Shown one piece after another: positions 37,064-45,657 of a stretch of 64,000 nucleotides of DNA; position 1 is the stretch's first letter, and each line of letters begins with the position of its first letter. This DNA is from an uncultured Acidobacteriota bacterium (GTDB taxonomy: Bacteria; Acidobacteriota; Vicinamibacteria; Vicinamibacterales; 2-12-FULL-66-21), in the NCBI GenBank assembly GCA_963740275.1, contig CAVUDT010000003.1, positions 205,898 through 269,897 on the forward strand, written 5' to 3'. Made by a program: the position numbers and the translations under genes. The notes below the pieces were generated by a model that saw nothing but the letters and a program-made list of their open reading frames with translations, did no database searches and was not told where the DNA came from.

Positions 37064-37429
37064 ATGGCGTATGAATACGATCGGTACGAGCGGGAAGACG
37101 GCGGGGGTTCGTTCCTGATGGGGCTCCTGGCCGGCACGGTGCTGGGCGCGGGTCTCGGAATGCTCTTCGCGCCGCGGCCCGGATCCGAGCTCCGCAACCA
37201 GCTGACGGAACAGGCCGGGCGGCTGCGCTCGACCGCCGGCGACGCCTACTCGCAGGCGTCCGGCAAGGTCAATCAGATCGTCGACCGTGGCCGCGAAGCG
37301 TACGACCGTGCCCGTTCGTCCGAGACGTTGGGTGGCGGCGGGTTGGGATCGACCGGGAGCACCGGCGGGAGCACCAACACCGGCTCGATGGCCGGCAGCA
37401 GCTACCAGGCGACGGGTGATCGCAGCTGA
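37064..37429 (+). CDS. YtxH domain-containing protein
   Basis: Inside track ORF 37049..37429. ATG 37064 follows GAAGGAGG. Contains FLMGLLAGTVLGAGLGMLFAPRPGSELRNQLTEQA. Confidence 0.7.
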   Translation: MAYEYDRYEREDGGGSFLMGLLAGTVLGAGLGMLFAPRPGSELRNQLTEQAGRLRSTAGDAYSQASGKVNQIVDRGREAYDRARSSETLGGGGLGSTGSTGGSTNTGSMAGSSYQATGDRS

Positions 37430-37462
37430 TGACGCGATGACGCACGGTGTGGAGGGCGGGCG

Positions 37463-37663
37463 ATGACCGAACAGCACGCCCGCACCGTCGCCAACGTTGT
37501 TCTGGGGGCCGCCGCGGTCGGCGCGGCGGTCGTCATCCTCCGGACCCCGGCACTGCGCCGGCTTGCCTTCGGCCTCGCCAGAACAGCGGTGACCGTCGGC
37601 GTGCCGGCGTGGCTGTCGCGTGAAGTTCAGCAGGCCTGGAACGAAAGCAGCACCCGGACCTGA
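37463..37663 (+). CDS. small hypothetical membrane protein
   Basis: Track ORF of 66 aa with one hydrophobic helix (VANVVLGAAAVGAAVVIL). It follows the YtxH genes in the same direction. Confidence 0.4.
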   Translation: MTEQHARTVANVVLGAAAVGAAVVILRTPALRRLAFGLARTAVTVGVPAWLSREVQQAWNESSTRT

Positions 37664-37684
37664 CCCTCGGCATCCGGTCGACCG

Positions 37685-38650
37685 GTGCCGAGTTGCTATG
37701 ATGGCCCGGTGAGTGGGCAGGTGACCCGCAGCACCCAGGCGCTGCGGGTTTCATTCGTTCGTCGGCTGGCGTTGCGTGCACGCATTGAGGCGCGGCTCAC
37801 CTTTCTGGCGATCTGGAGAGGGCTCACCGGCTTCTACAACAGCGACGATCTGACGTTCGCGGCCTCGATCGCCTACTACGCGCTGCTCTCCCTCTTTCCC
37901 TTCTTCCTGCTCGCCTTCTCGATTCTCGCCAGCGCCGCCGGCACCGAGGCTGATCGTAAGGAGATCCTCGACTTCGTCTTTCGGTATTTCCCCCAGCAGT
38001 TCGCCTTTGTCACCAACCAGTTAGAAGCCATGCGCCAGGACCGGATCCAGCTCGGCCTGCTCGGCAGCGGACTGATGATCTGGGCCGCCATGGGGGTGTT
38101 CGGTGCCGTCACCTCGGCGGTGAATCATGCGTGGGGTGTGGAAAAGCAGCCCAGCTACTTCAAGCACAAGATGATCTCGCTGGTGATGCTCGGCACCGCC
38201 GGCCTCCTGCTCCTCATCGGGCTGCTGATCGTCAGCGCAATCAACGTCGCGGAGGCGAGGTGGTTCGCGGTGGTCATGGAGCGGCTGCCGGGGCTCGCCT
38301 GGCTGCAGAGCTATGCACTCAAGTCGGCGACCACCATCTTCTTCATCATTGTCGTTGGCCTGGTCTTCTACTTCGTGCCGAACGCCAAGGTCCGTTTCCG
38401 CGACGTGTGGTTCGGGGCGGTGCTGACCGGGCTGCTGTGGCGGCTGGCGCTGGCCGGCTTCTCACAGTACGTCCGTGACCAGTCGCGCTTCAGCGTCCAC
38501 GGTTCGATCGGCGGCGTCGTCGTCTTCCTCTTTTGGGTATACATCTCGGCGGTCATCTTTCTCTACGGGACCGAGGTCACCGCCGCCTACGCCCGTCTGC
38601 GGCGGCACCGTCCAGACGAAATCCCCGCCGCCCCGACGCCACGCGTGTGA
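37685..38650 (+). CDS. YihY/BrkB family inner-membrane protein
   Basis: Track ORF of 321 aa. Contains FAASIAYYALLSLFPFFLL and FWVYISAVIFLYGTEVTAAY. The start codon is uncertain (GTG 37685 or later GTGs). Confidence 0.85.
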   Translation: MPSCYDGPVSGQVTRSTQALRVSFVRRLALRARIEARLTFLAIWRGLTGFYNSDDLTFAASIAYYALLSLFPFFLLAFSILASAAGTEADRKEILDFVFRYFPQQFAFVTNQLEAMRQDRIQLGLLGSGLMIWAAMGVFGAVTSAVNHAWGVEKQPSYFKHKMISLVMLGTAGLLLLIGLLIVSAINVAEARWFAVVMERLPGLAWLQSYALKSATTIFFIIVVGLVFYFVPNAKVRFRDVWFGAVLTGLLWRLALAGFSQYVRDQSRFSVHGSIGGVVVFLFWVYISAVIFLYGTEVTAAYARLRRHRPDEIPAAPTPRV

Positions 38651-39441
38651 AGTGGATGCTGCTCGCGGTCGTGATGGGGAGCGCCGTCACCGCGGCGGCG
38701 CAGATCAGCCTCGTCTCGGTCGAAGACGAGATTCAGATCGGCCGGCAGACACAGCAGGAGGTCAGGCGAAAGGTGCCTGAACTCACCGACCGGACGGTGA
38801 ACAACTACATCCTCGACATCGGCCGGCGGCTGGTCCGGCGAACCACCGGCCCGAAGTATCCGTACAGCTTCACCGTGGCGAACTATCGCGAGATCAACGC
38901 ATTCGCCCTGCCGGGCGGCCCTGTCTGGGTGCACCGCGGCGCAATCGCCGCCGCTGCGAACGAAGCGCAGTTGGTAGCGGTGCTGGCCCACGAGATCGCG
39001 CACATCTCCGAGCGGCATGCCGCCGACCAGATCAGCCGTCAGCTGGTCGCCAACGGCTTCATCGGCCTGCTCGGCGCGATGCTCGGCAACGACCAGAGCG
39101 CGCAGACCGCGCAGATGGGCGCCCGCGTCCTGGCGGGTGGTTACATGCTGAAGTTCAGTCGGGACCACGAGCGCGAGGCCGACACCGTGGGCGCGGCGAT
39201 CATGCGCCGCGCCGGCTGGGACGCGACCGAGATGATCGCCTTGATGGAGACGCTGAGAAGACAGCAGGGCAGAGACCCGGCCTCGCTGGAGGTGTTCCTG
39301 TCGTCTCACCCGGCCTCCAGCGAGCGCGCCCTTCGTCTCCGCCGCACTGTGAAAGCTGGCGGCACGCGCGACACCCTCCGCTTCAGGCAGATCAAGGCGC
39401 GGCTGGCCGCGATGCCACCAGCACGGGCGATGCGCAAATAG
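38647..39441 (+). CDS. M48 family metalloprotease (exported)
   Basis: Inside track ORF 38533..39441. Start is GTG 38647, overlapping the yihY stop, or ATG 38656. Signal peptide MLLAVVMGSAVTAAAQ. Contains INAFALPGGPVWVHRG and the HExxH motif LAHEIAHISERH. Confidence 0.85.
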   Translation: MKWMLLAVVMGSAVTAAAQISLVSVEDEIQIGRQTQQEVRRKVPELTDRTVNNYILDIGRRLVRRTTGPKYPYSFTVANYREINAFALPGGPVWVHRGAIAAAANEAQLVAVLAHEIAHISERHAADQISRQLVANGFIGLLGAMLGNDQSAQTAQMGARVLAGGYMLKFSRDHEREADTVGAAIMRRAGWDATEMIALMETLRRQQGRDPASLEVFLSSHPASSERALRLRRTVKAGGTRDTLRFRQIKARLAAMPPARAMRK

Positions 39442-41001
39442 CTACGGGCTGACCTTCTCGAGATCCGTGCTCGCAGGGCCGTTGACGACCCGTCCATGCG
39501 CGTCGAACCGGGAGCCGTGACAGGGGCAGTCCCAGGTCGAGGCCGCCTTGTTCCACCCGACGATGCAGCCGAGGTGAGGACACACCGCGGAGAGGCGGTG
39601 AACCTCGCCGGCTTCGTCCCGGAAGACTGCGATCTTGCTCAGCCCTTCGCGGATGACGGCGCCGCTGTTCGGGGCGATTTCATCGGCCGACTTCACCTCG
39701 CCGGGTGTCACCCACGACGTGAACTGCGCGGCGACGTTCAGGTTCTCTTTGAGGAAATCCCCGGCCGCCCCGACGCGGATCCTCGAGGGGTCGTACAGGC
39801 TGGCCCAGGGATTTGGCCGTCCCTGGATCAGGTCGCAGATCAACATGCCGGCGATCGTGCCGTGGGTCATCCCCATGCCGGAATCGCCGGTCGCGACGTA
39901 GACGTTGTCGGCATCCATCGGGTTGCGGCCGAGGAAGGCGAGACCGTCCTGGGTTTCCATCACCTGGCCCGACCACCGGTACTCGAGCTCGCCGGCAGCG
40001 GGATAGTGGGTACGCATCCACGCCTCGAGCCGCCCGAAGCGCTCTTCGGTATCGGACGCTTGTGCCGTCTTGTGGTCCTCGCCGCCGGCGATCAGCAGGT
40101 CCACCGGGTCATCGTTGTCACCGCCGAGCCGGGCGTTGGTCGTGCGCTGAACGCGGACATAGTGATACGGGTCGTGCGTGTCCCAGTAGAGCGCCGGCGT
40201 GACCGCGCCGGAAGGAATCCGGGCGCCGACGACGTACGAGTAGTACGGCGCCTGCTTCGTATGGATCGCCACCAGGTCGTTGAACGGCACATTGGTCGCG
40301 ACGACGACGGCGCCGGCGCGAATGCTCGGTCCATTTGCCGTTTCGACGACGGCCGGTTCCCCCCCGGCCACGCTGGTGGCGCGGACGCCGCCGTAGACCC
40401 GTCCTCCGAGGCGAAGAAACGCTGCAACGACGCCGTTCAGATAGTCGAGCGGATGGAATTGCCCCTGCCGCGGGAATTCGAGACAGGGACCGCTCTGGAA
40501 TCCCTGGACGGGAGCCCGCGCAAGCTTGTTGACCTCGAGGCCGGCGCGGCGGGCTGCAGCCATCTCGTCGTTCAGATAACTTTCATCGTGCTCGGGCGCC
40601 AGGAACAGGTAACCGCTGACCCTCTGGAAGCCCGCGTCGATCCCTTCGTCCCGGCAGATCGTCTCGATGCGGGTGATCGCCGAACCATGGCTGTCGCAGG
40701 CCAGCCGGGCCCCCTCTTCGCCATGCAGCCGGATCATCTCGGTGTACCGGTCGTCGATCACGTTGGACAGGTGAGCGGTGGTCATTCCCGTCTGGCCACA
40801 CCCTGGGCTGCCATCGTCGATGAGAGCGACGGATCGTCCCTCCCGGGCCAGGAGATAGGCGGTCGTCACACCAGCGATCCCGGCGCCGATGACGCAGACG
40901 TCCGCGGTTGTGTCGGTGGTCAGTGACGGTTGACGTTGTGGCGGGGCCGTATCCAGCCAGAGCGAAGTGCTTTTCACGGCCTGCTCAAAAGCAAGCGCCA
41001 C
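39442..41001 (-). CDS. FAD-dependent oxidoreductase fused to a C-terminal Rieske [2Fe-2S] domain
   Basis: Track ORF of 519 aa. Dinucleotide fold DVCVIGAGIAGVTTAYLLAREG. Rieske motifs CPHLGC and CPCHGS. Confidence 0.88.
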   Translation of the reverse strand: MALAFEQAVKSTSLWLDTAPPQRQPSLTTDTTADVCVIGAGIAGVTTAYLLAREGRSVALIDDGSPGCGQTGMTTAHLSNVIDDRYTEMIRLHGEEGARLACDSHGSAITRIETICRDEGIDAGFQRVSGYLFLAPEHDESYLNDEMAAARRAGLEVNKLARAPVQGFQSGPCLEFPRQGQFHPLDYLNGVVAAFLRLGGRVYGGVRATSVAGGEPAVVETANGPSIRAGAVVVATNVPFNDLVAIHTKQAPYYSYVVGARIPSGAVTPALYWDTHDPYHYVRVQRTTNARLGGDNDDPVDLLIAGGEDHKTAQASDTEERFGRLEAWMRTHYPAAGELEYRWSGQVMETQDGLAFLGRNPMDADNVYVATGDSGMGMTHGTIAGMLICDLIQGRPNPWASLYDPSRIRVGAAGDFLKENLNVAAQFTSWVTPGEVKSADEIAPNSGAVIREGLSKIAVFRDEAGEVHRLSAVCPHLGCIVGWNKAASTWDCPCHGSRFDAHGRVVNGPASTDLEKVSP

Positions 41002-41284
41002 ACCGTCCGGTCGGACAGCGTACAGGGCGGGTCAGGGAGGATATTCTCTCCCTGCGCCATGGGGTAGGTTGTGAGCGGATTGGTTGCCCCAGCGGAACAC
41101 CGGAGCGGTGGTGCGCTTTAAGCGCGATGCCTTCCTTAGAGCAACCGTGATGCCAGCTTTTCCGGGGTGATTCCGGCCTGCTACAGTCCCCAAAAGTCCG
41201 CAGATGTTCCGAATACCCCATTAAATGCCTCGCCGTAGGTAGTGAAGGTAGTACTTCGGTATGTAAAGATGGGCTGGCTTTCCA

Positions 41285-42829
41285 CTACACAGCCGGCTTG
41301 AGGCTGGCGAGCCGACGGGCCTCTTCACTTACAGGTGGGGCGTGCTGTTCCTCCGGAGGGTTCCGGCAGTTATCACAGTCTCCGCAGCCGTCTGCGGGAA
41401 CGGGTTCGCCGAAGTAGTCCAGCAGGAGCTTCCACCGGCACGACGCGCTCTGGGCATAGCCGGTCATCCGCTCCAGCTTGGCGCGGTCCCCTTCCTTCCG
41501 CTCGACATAGGCAGCCGCGACCTCTTCGAACCCGGCCCTGCCTGGCATCGAAAGCAGGCGATAGCGGGCGCCGCGAAGCTCCCGCACCAGCCCGGCGTCT
41601 TTCATCACGGTGAGGACCGACCTGAGCTTTGTTTTCGCGGTCGATATTGCATGGGCCTGGATGGCCGCCAGGGGGACGGCCGTCTCGTGGCCACCGAGCG
41701 CCGTCAGTGCGTCGGAGACGGCCAGGATGTCGTCGGCCCCCGGGTAGCGTCCGCCCATGAAGAACTGGTGGGTCCGGCGGTCTTCAATGCGATATAGCAG
41801 GATGCACGCTGCCGTGTCACCGTCACGCCCCGCCCGGCCCGACTCCTGGTAGTACGACTCGAGCGAGCCCGGCATGTCGTAATGGACGACGAAGCGGATA
41901 TCCGCCTTGTCGATCCCCATCCCGAACGCGTTGGTGGCCACGATCGCCTTGAGCTCGCCGGCCATGAACCGATCCTGGGTTTCGTGCCGCCTGGCGGCCG
42001 CCAGCCGTCCGTGATATATCGCCGCCGGAATCCCTTCGCCCTCGAGGACCCGCGCCACCAGTTCGCAGTTCTTCACCGTGGCGCAGTAGACGATCCCGTT
42101 GCCAGGCAGCTCGCGCAGGATCCGGACGAGATGCTGTTGTTTGGCCGCGTCGCTCGCGGTCTGACGCACCTGGTAGTGCAGGTTGGTCCGAAGGATCCCG
42201 AGGTTGAACGTGCGTGGCTGGCGCAGCCGAAGTTGCCGTGCGATGTCGGCCAGCACACGCTCGGTGGCGGTCGCGGTGAGGGCTAGAACCGGCGGCGACC
42301 CCACTGCCTTGATTGCCGCGCCGAGACCGAGAAAGGCCGGCCGGAAGTCATGCCCCCACTCGGAGAGGCAATGCGCTTCGTCGACGACGAAGAGGTCCAC
42401 TTTGTGCGCCCTGAGCAGCTCGATGAAGGCCGGATCCTCGAGGCGTTCAGGGGTGGCGAACACGAACTCGACCTGCCCCTCCTCGATCGCCTGCAGCGCG
42501 GCTTTCAGCTCAGCGGCGTCGAGCGCGGAGTTCACCTGCCGCGCCCGGACGCCGAGCGCGTGGAGCTTATCGGTCTGGTCCTTCATCAGCGCGATGAGCG
42601 GCGAGACCACGATGGTGGTTCCGGGGAGATGAAGCGCGGGCAGCTGGTAGCAGAGGGACTTGCCGGCGCCGGTCGGCATGACCGCGATCGTGTCGCGCCC
42701 CTGGACGATCGAGCCGATCACCGCTTCCTGCCCGGGCCGGAATTCGTCGAGCCCGAACGTCCCCCGCATGAGCTGTTTGAGTTGTTTGTTGGATCGTCCC
42801 GCCACGGGGGCGGAAGAGGCAAGCAGCAT
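41285..42829 (-). CDS. recQ: RecQ-family ATP-dependent DNA helicase
   Basis: Track ORF of 514 aa. Contains FRPGQEAVI, MPTGAGKSLCYQLPA, DEAHCLSEWGHDFRP, LTATA and ATNAFGMGIDKADIRFVVH, plus a C-terminal Cys cluster (CRWKLLLDYFGE...CGDCDNC). Confidence 0.9.
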   Translation of the reverse strand: MLLASSAPVAGRSNKQLKQLMRGTFGLDEFRPGQEAVIGSIVQGRDTIAVMPTGAGKSLCYQLPALHLPGTTIVVSPLIALMKDQTDKLHALGVRARQVNSALDAAELKAALQAIEEGQVEFVFATPERLEDPAFIELLRAHKVDLFVVDEAHCLSEWGHDFRPAFLGLGAAIKAVGSPPVLALTATATERVLADIARQLRLRQPRTFNLGILRTNLHYQVRQTASDAAKQQHLVRILRELPGNGIVYCATVKNCELVARVLEGEGIPAAIYHGRLAAARRHETQDRFMAGELKAIVATNAFGMGIDKADIRFVVHYDMPGSLESYYQESGRAGRDGDTAACILLYRIEDRRTHQFFMGGRYPGADDILAVSDALTALGGHETAVPLAAIQAHAISTAKTKLRSVLTVMKDAGLVRELRGARYRLLSMPGRAGFEEVAAAYVERKEGDRAKLERMTGYAQSASCRWKLLLDYFGEPVPADGCGDCDNCRNPPEEQHAPPVSEEARRLASLKPAV

Positions 42830-42839
42830 GCCGGGCTGG

Positions 42840-44519
42840 CTATGCCAGCATCGTCAGGTTCTCGCGGCGGGCGGCGAAGAGGCGCCGCCCGGGGATCGAC
42901 AGGAGGCGGCCGATCACATAGGCGCACAGACACCAGACGGCCAGCAGGACGGGCGCAAGCGACGGACGATCCAGCAGGTTCGTCGCCGTCATCGTCAGCA
43001 GGATCGGCGGGGCTGCCGCCGCCGCGAAGGCCAGCAGGCCGATGAGGCCGGCGGCGCCGTGAGCGTTGCTCCCCCGGCCGATGCTGTTCATGTCGACCGA
43101 CCGGGGGAAGGCGGCGGAGCACATAGCCGCGATCGGAGCAAAGACGAGATACACCGCGGCGAGCCCGAGGATCAGCGCCAGCCACAGGGCCGGGGAGCCG
43201 CCCGGAAACATGAGGCTGGCGGCGGCGATACACACCAGCGCGGGGGGCGCGATGATCAGGGCGTTGCCGGCCGCCTTGCCGGCTAGCAGCTCGCGGTCGG
43301 TCAGCGGCGAGAGCAGCGTCATCGTCAGCCCGGCGTTGTCGACGGCGAACTGGTTCATGGCGATCGGCAGGATCGCGAGCAGGCACATCGACGACGTGAA
43401 CGCGGCAAGGCCGAGGCCGCTGCCGAAACGGAACGGCCCGAAGTCCATGTTGCCGCCGCCGCGGTACATCATCACGCCGAAGATCGCGAAGAAGGCGAGC
43501 GGCGAAAGCAGGATCGATCGCCCCCTTGGCGTCCGCAGCGCCAGGCGGAGCTGCGCGAGCGCGACCGCGGAGGCGCCGGATGACAGCCCCGGGATCCGGC
43601 GGTTCCAGGCCGCCCGCATCGGGGTAGATCGCCGCGCGCCGGTCGAGCCGGGGGATTCCAACACGCGCCGGAAAACCAGGAGGCCGAGCCCGTGCAGCAG
43701 CAGGGCCGAGACGCCAAGGCCGGTGGCAGAGGCCGCGGCCTTCGCGAGGTCGCCGCGCGCGGCCGCGCGCGTGCCGGCCACGAACAGCTCCGTCGGGTAG
43801 AGCGCGAATGCCCGCCCGCCCGCGCTCGTCACCCAGGCGGGCGGGGTGTACCCGCGGCGTTCCTGCCGGTTGCGCCGTCCGCCGCCGCTCATCAGTCCAG
43901 GCAGCATCGACAGGATCGGAACGAGCACGATGAACACGAGCGCGAGCAACTCACCCCGCCGGCGGTCCCGCACCACCAGGTGCAGCACGCTGGTCGACAG
44001 CGCCGCGATGCCGACGACCAGGACGATCAGGATCGTCGCGCTGACGAGGCAGATCAGCGCCGCCGTCAGGGCGCCCCCCGCGGCAAGGCCGATCGCCACC
44101 CCCACCACCAGCGGCACCATCAGGATGTTCCAGGGATCGCCGAGCGAAGCCGACGCCTGCGCGAAATAGAGCACCCCGCGCGGGATCGGCAGCAGCAGGA
44201 GGCGCACCGGGTTGGTTCGATCGGCCGCAGGGAGGAAGAACGGCCCGATGACCGCCAGGACCGGCACGGCGAGCAGCAGGAAGCGGGCTACTCGGACGGC
44301 CCACTGGCTGTCTTGTGCCGCCAGTGCATAACCGGCGGCGATGCCGAGCCCCGCGAGCAGCAGCGCCGACGGGATCAGCAGGATCGCGGCCAGCAGCGGT
44401 CCAAGCTTCTCGATCGCCAGCGAGAAGCGTTCGAGCGCATCGCGCGAGCCGGTCTTCTCCAGCGAGTTGACCAGCATGCGCCACCGCAGCCAGGCGAACG
44501 CCTTCAGGATCCGGAACAC
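42840..44519 (-). CDS. polytopic membrane protein, putative permease partner of the upstream ABC ATPase
   Basis: Inside track ORF 42840..44561. GTG 44517-44519 lies 1 nt after the ATPase stop and gives VFRILKAFAWLRWRMLVNSLEK. It has at least 10 hydrophobic segments. No specific family recognised. Confidence 0.65.
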   Translation of the reverse strand: MFRILKAFAWLRWRMLVNSLEKTGSRDALERFSLAIEKLGPLLAAILLIPSALLLAGLGIAAGYALAAQDSQWAVRVARFLLLAVPVLAVIGPFFLPAADRTNPVRLLLLPIPRGVLYFAQASASLGDPWNILMVPLVVGVAIGLAAGGALTAALICLVSATILIVLVVGIAALSTSVLHLVVRDRRRGELLALVFIVLVPILSMLPGLMSGGGRRNRQERRGYTPPAWVTSAGGRAFALYPTELFVAGTRAAARGDLAKAAASATGLGVSALLLHGLGLLVFRRVLESPGSTGARRSTPMRAAWNRRIPGLSSGASAVALAQLRLALRTPRGRSILLSPLAFFAIFGVMMYRGGGNMDFGPFRFGSGLGLAAFTSSMCLLAILPIAMNQFAVDNAGLTMTLLSPLTDRELLAGKAAGNALIIAPPALVCIAAASLMFPGGSPALWLALILGLAAVYLVFAPIAAMCSAAFPRSVDMNSIGRGSNAHGAAGLIGLLAFAAAAAPPILLTMTATNLLDRPSLAPVLLAVWCLCAYVIGRLLSIPGRRLFAARRENLTMLA

Positions 44520-44520
44520 G

Positions 44521-45282
44521 TCAGATCCAGTCCAGCGACGACGTGGCGGAGACCTCGCCACCGACGAGGCGGATGAACAGCTCTTCGAGGCTGGCGCCGG
44601 CGACGCCGCCGGCCCGCAGCTCGCCGATCGGCCCCTGCGCGACCAGCTTGCCGTTGGCGATCACGCCGATGTGGGTCGAGAGCCGCTCGACGATCTCGAG
44701 GATGTGCGAGGTGAGAAAAATGGTGCCGCCGCGGCCGACGAACGACTGCATCAGGTCCTTGATCTGGCGGGAGGCCACCGCGTCGATCCCTTCGAACGGC
44801 TCGTCGAGAAAGAGCAACCTCGGCGCCGGCAGCAGCGCGGCGGCGAGCGACAGCTTCTTGCGCATGCCGTGCGAGAAATCGGTGACCAGCGTCGTGCCGG
44901 CGTTCTTCAGGTCCATGAGCTCGAGCAGGTCCGCCGACCGCGTCCGTGCCGTATTCATGTCGAGACCGTGAATCTGCGCCACGAACATCAGGGTTTCCTC
45001 ACCGGTGAGGCGATCGAACAGCGCGAGATCCTCGGGCACGACACCGATGCGGCGCTTCACGGCCACCGGATCGGCGAGCGGATCGATGCCGAGGATGCGC
45101 ATGGTGCCGCCGCCGGGCTTGAGCAGACCGGTCAGGCACTTGATCGTGGTGGACTTGCCGGCGCCATTCGGTCCCAGGAAGCCATAGAAGCTGCCCGACG
45201 GCACGGCCAGATCGATGCCATCGACCGCGCGGAAACTGCCGAAGTCCCGGGTCAGGCCGTGCGTCTCGACGGCGAGTTCCAT
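44521..45282 (-). CDS. ABC transporter ATP-binding protein
   Basis: Track ORF of 253 aa. Walker A GPNGAGKST, signature FSHGMRKKLSLAAAL, Walker B LLFLDEPFEGID. Confidence 0.9.
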   Translation of the reverse strand: MELAVETHGLTRDFGSFRAVDGIDLAVPSGSFYGFLGPNGAGKSTTIKCLTGLLKPGGGTMRILGIDPLADPVAVKRRIGVVPEDLALFDRLTGEETLMFVAQIHGLDMNTARTRSADLLELMDLKNAGTTLVTDFSHGMRKKLSLAAALLPAPRLLFLDEPFEGIDAVASRQIKDLMQSFVGRGGTIFLTSHILEIVERLSTHIGVIANGKLVAQGPIGELRAGGVAGASLEELFIRLVGGEVSATSSLDWI

Positions 45283-45309
45283 GCGCGCATTCTATCCCGG
45301 CGTATTACG

Positions 45310-45657
45310 ATGAACCCAATGAGAACGGTCATCGTCCGCGGACGCGCACCATTACCTGAAGCATTGCGGGACGTCATCGAGCGCGGCAGCACCTCGGTTC
45401 ATGAGTGTCGCGTGCCGGGTCCCACGCCGCTGCCCCGCGATGTCGATCGCGTGGTCTATTTTCTCGCCGGGCCGGACGAAGACGTCCTGGCCTCGGCGCG
45501 CCAGGCGGTGAACGCCGAGCGGAACGACGGCGCCGAGAAGCTGGTCTACGTGATGGCCGACGACGCCCCGGATCTCGAGGGGCTGTCGCCGAGCGAGTGC
45601 TACCGCTGGCCCGCCGACGAGGACCGCCTGAAGATGGCGTTCATGACGAGCGCCTGA
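45310..45657 (+). CDS. hypothetical protein (115 aa)
   Basis: This is the tail of track ORF 44341..45657. ATG 45310 gives MNPMRTVIVRGRAPLPEAL... Its stop TGA abuts the next ATG (TGAATG). No family recognised. Confidence 0.45.
   Translation: MNPMRTVIVRGRAPLPEALRDVIERGSTSVHECRVPGPTPLPRDVDRVVYFLAGPDEDVLASARQAVNAERNDGAEKLVYVMADDAPDLEGLSPSECYRWPADEDRLKMAFMTSA

Noticed and set aside
40985-41221. A 78-aa ORF, and the overlapping 80-aa plus-strand ORF, in the RecQ/oxidoreductase spacer
   Set aside because: There is no SD, no recognisable motif and atypical composition. The region is more likely untranslated promoter, leader or terminator sequence.
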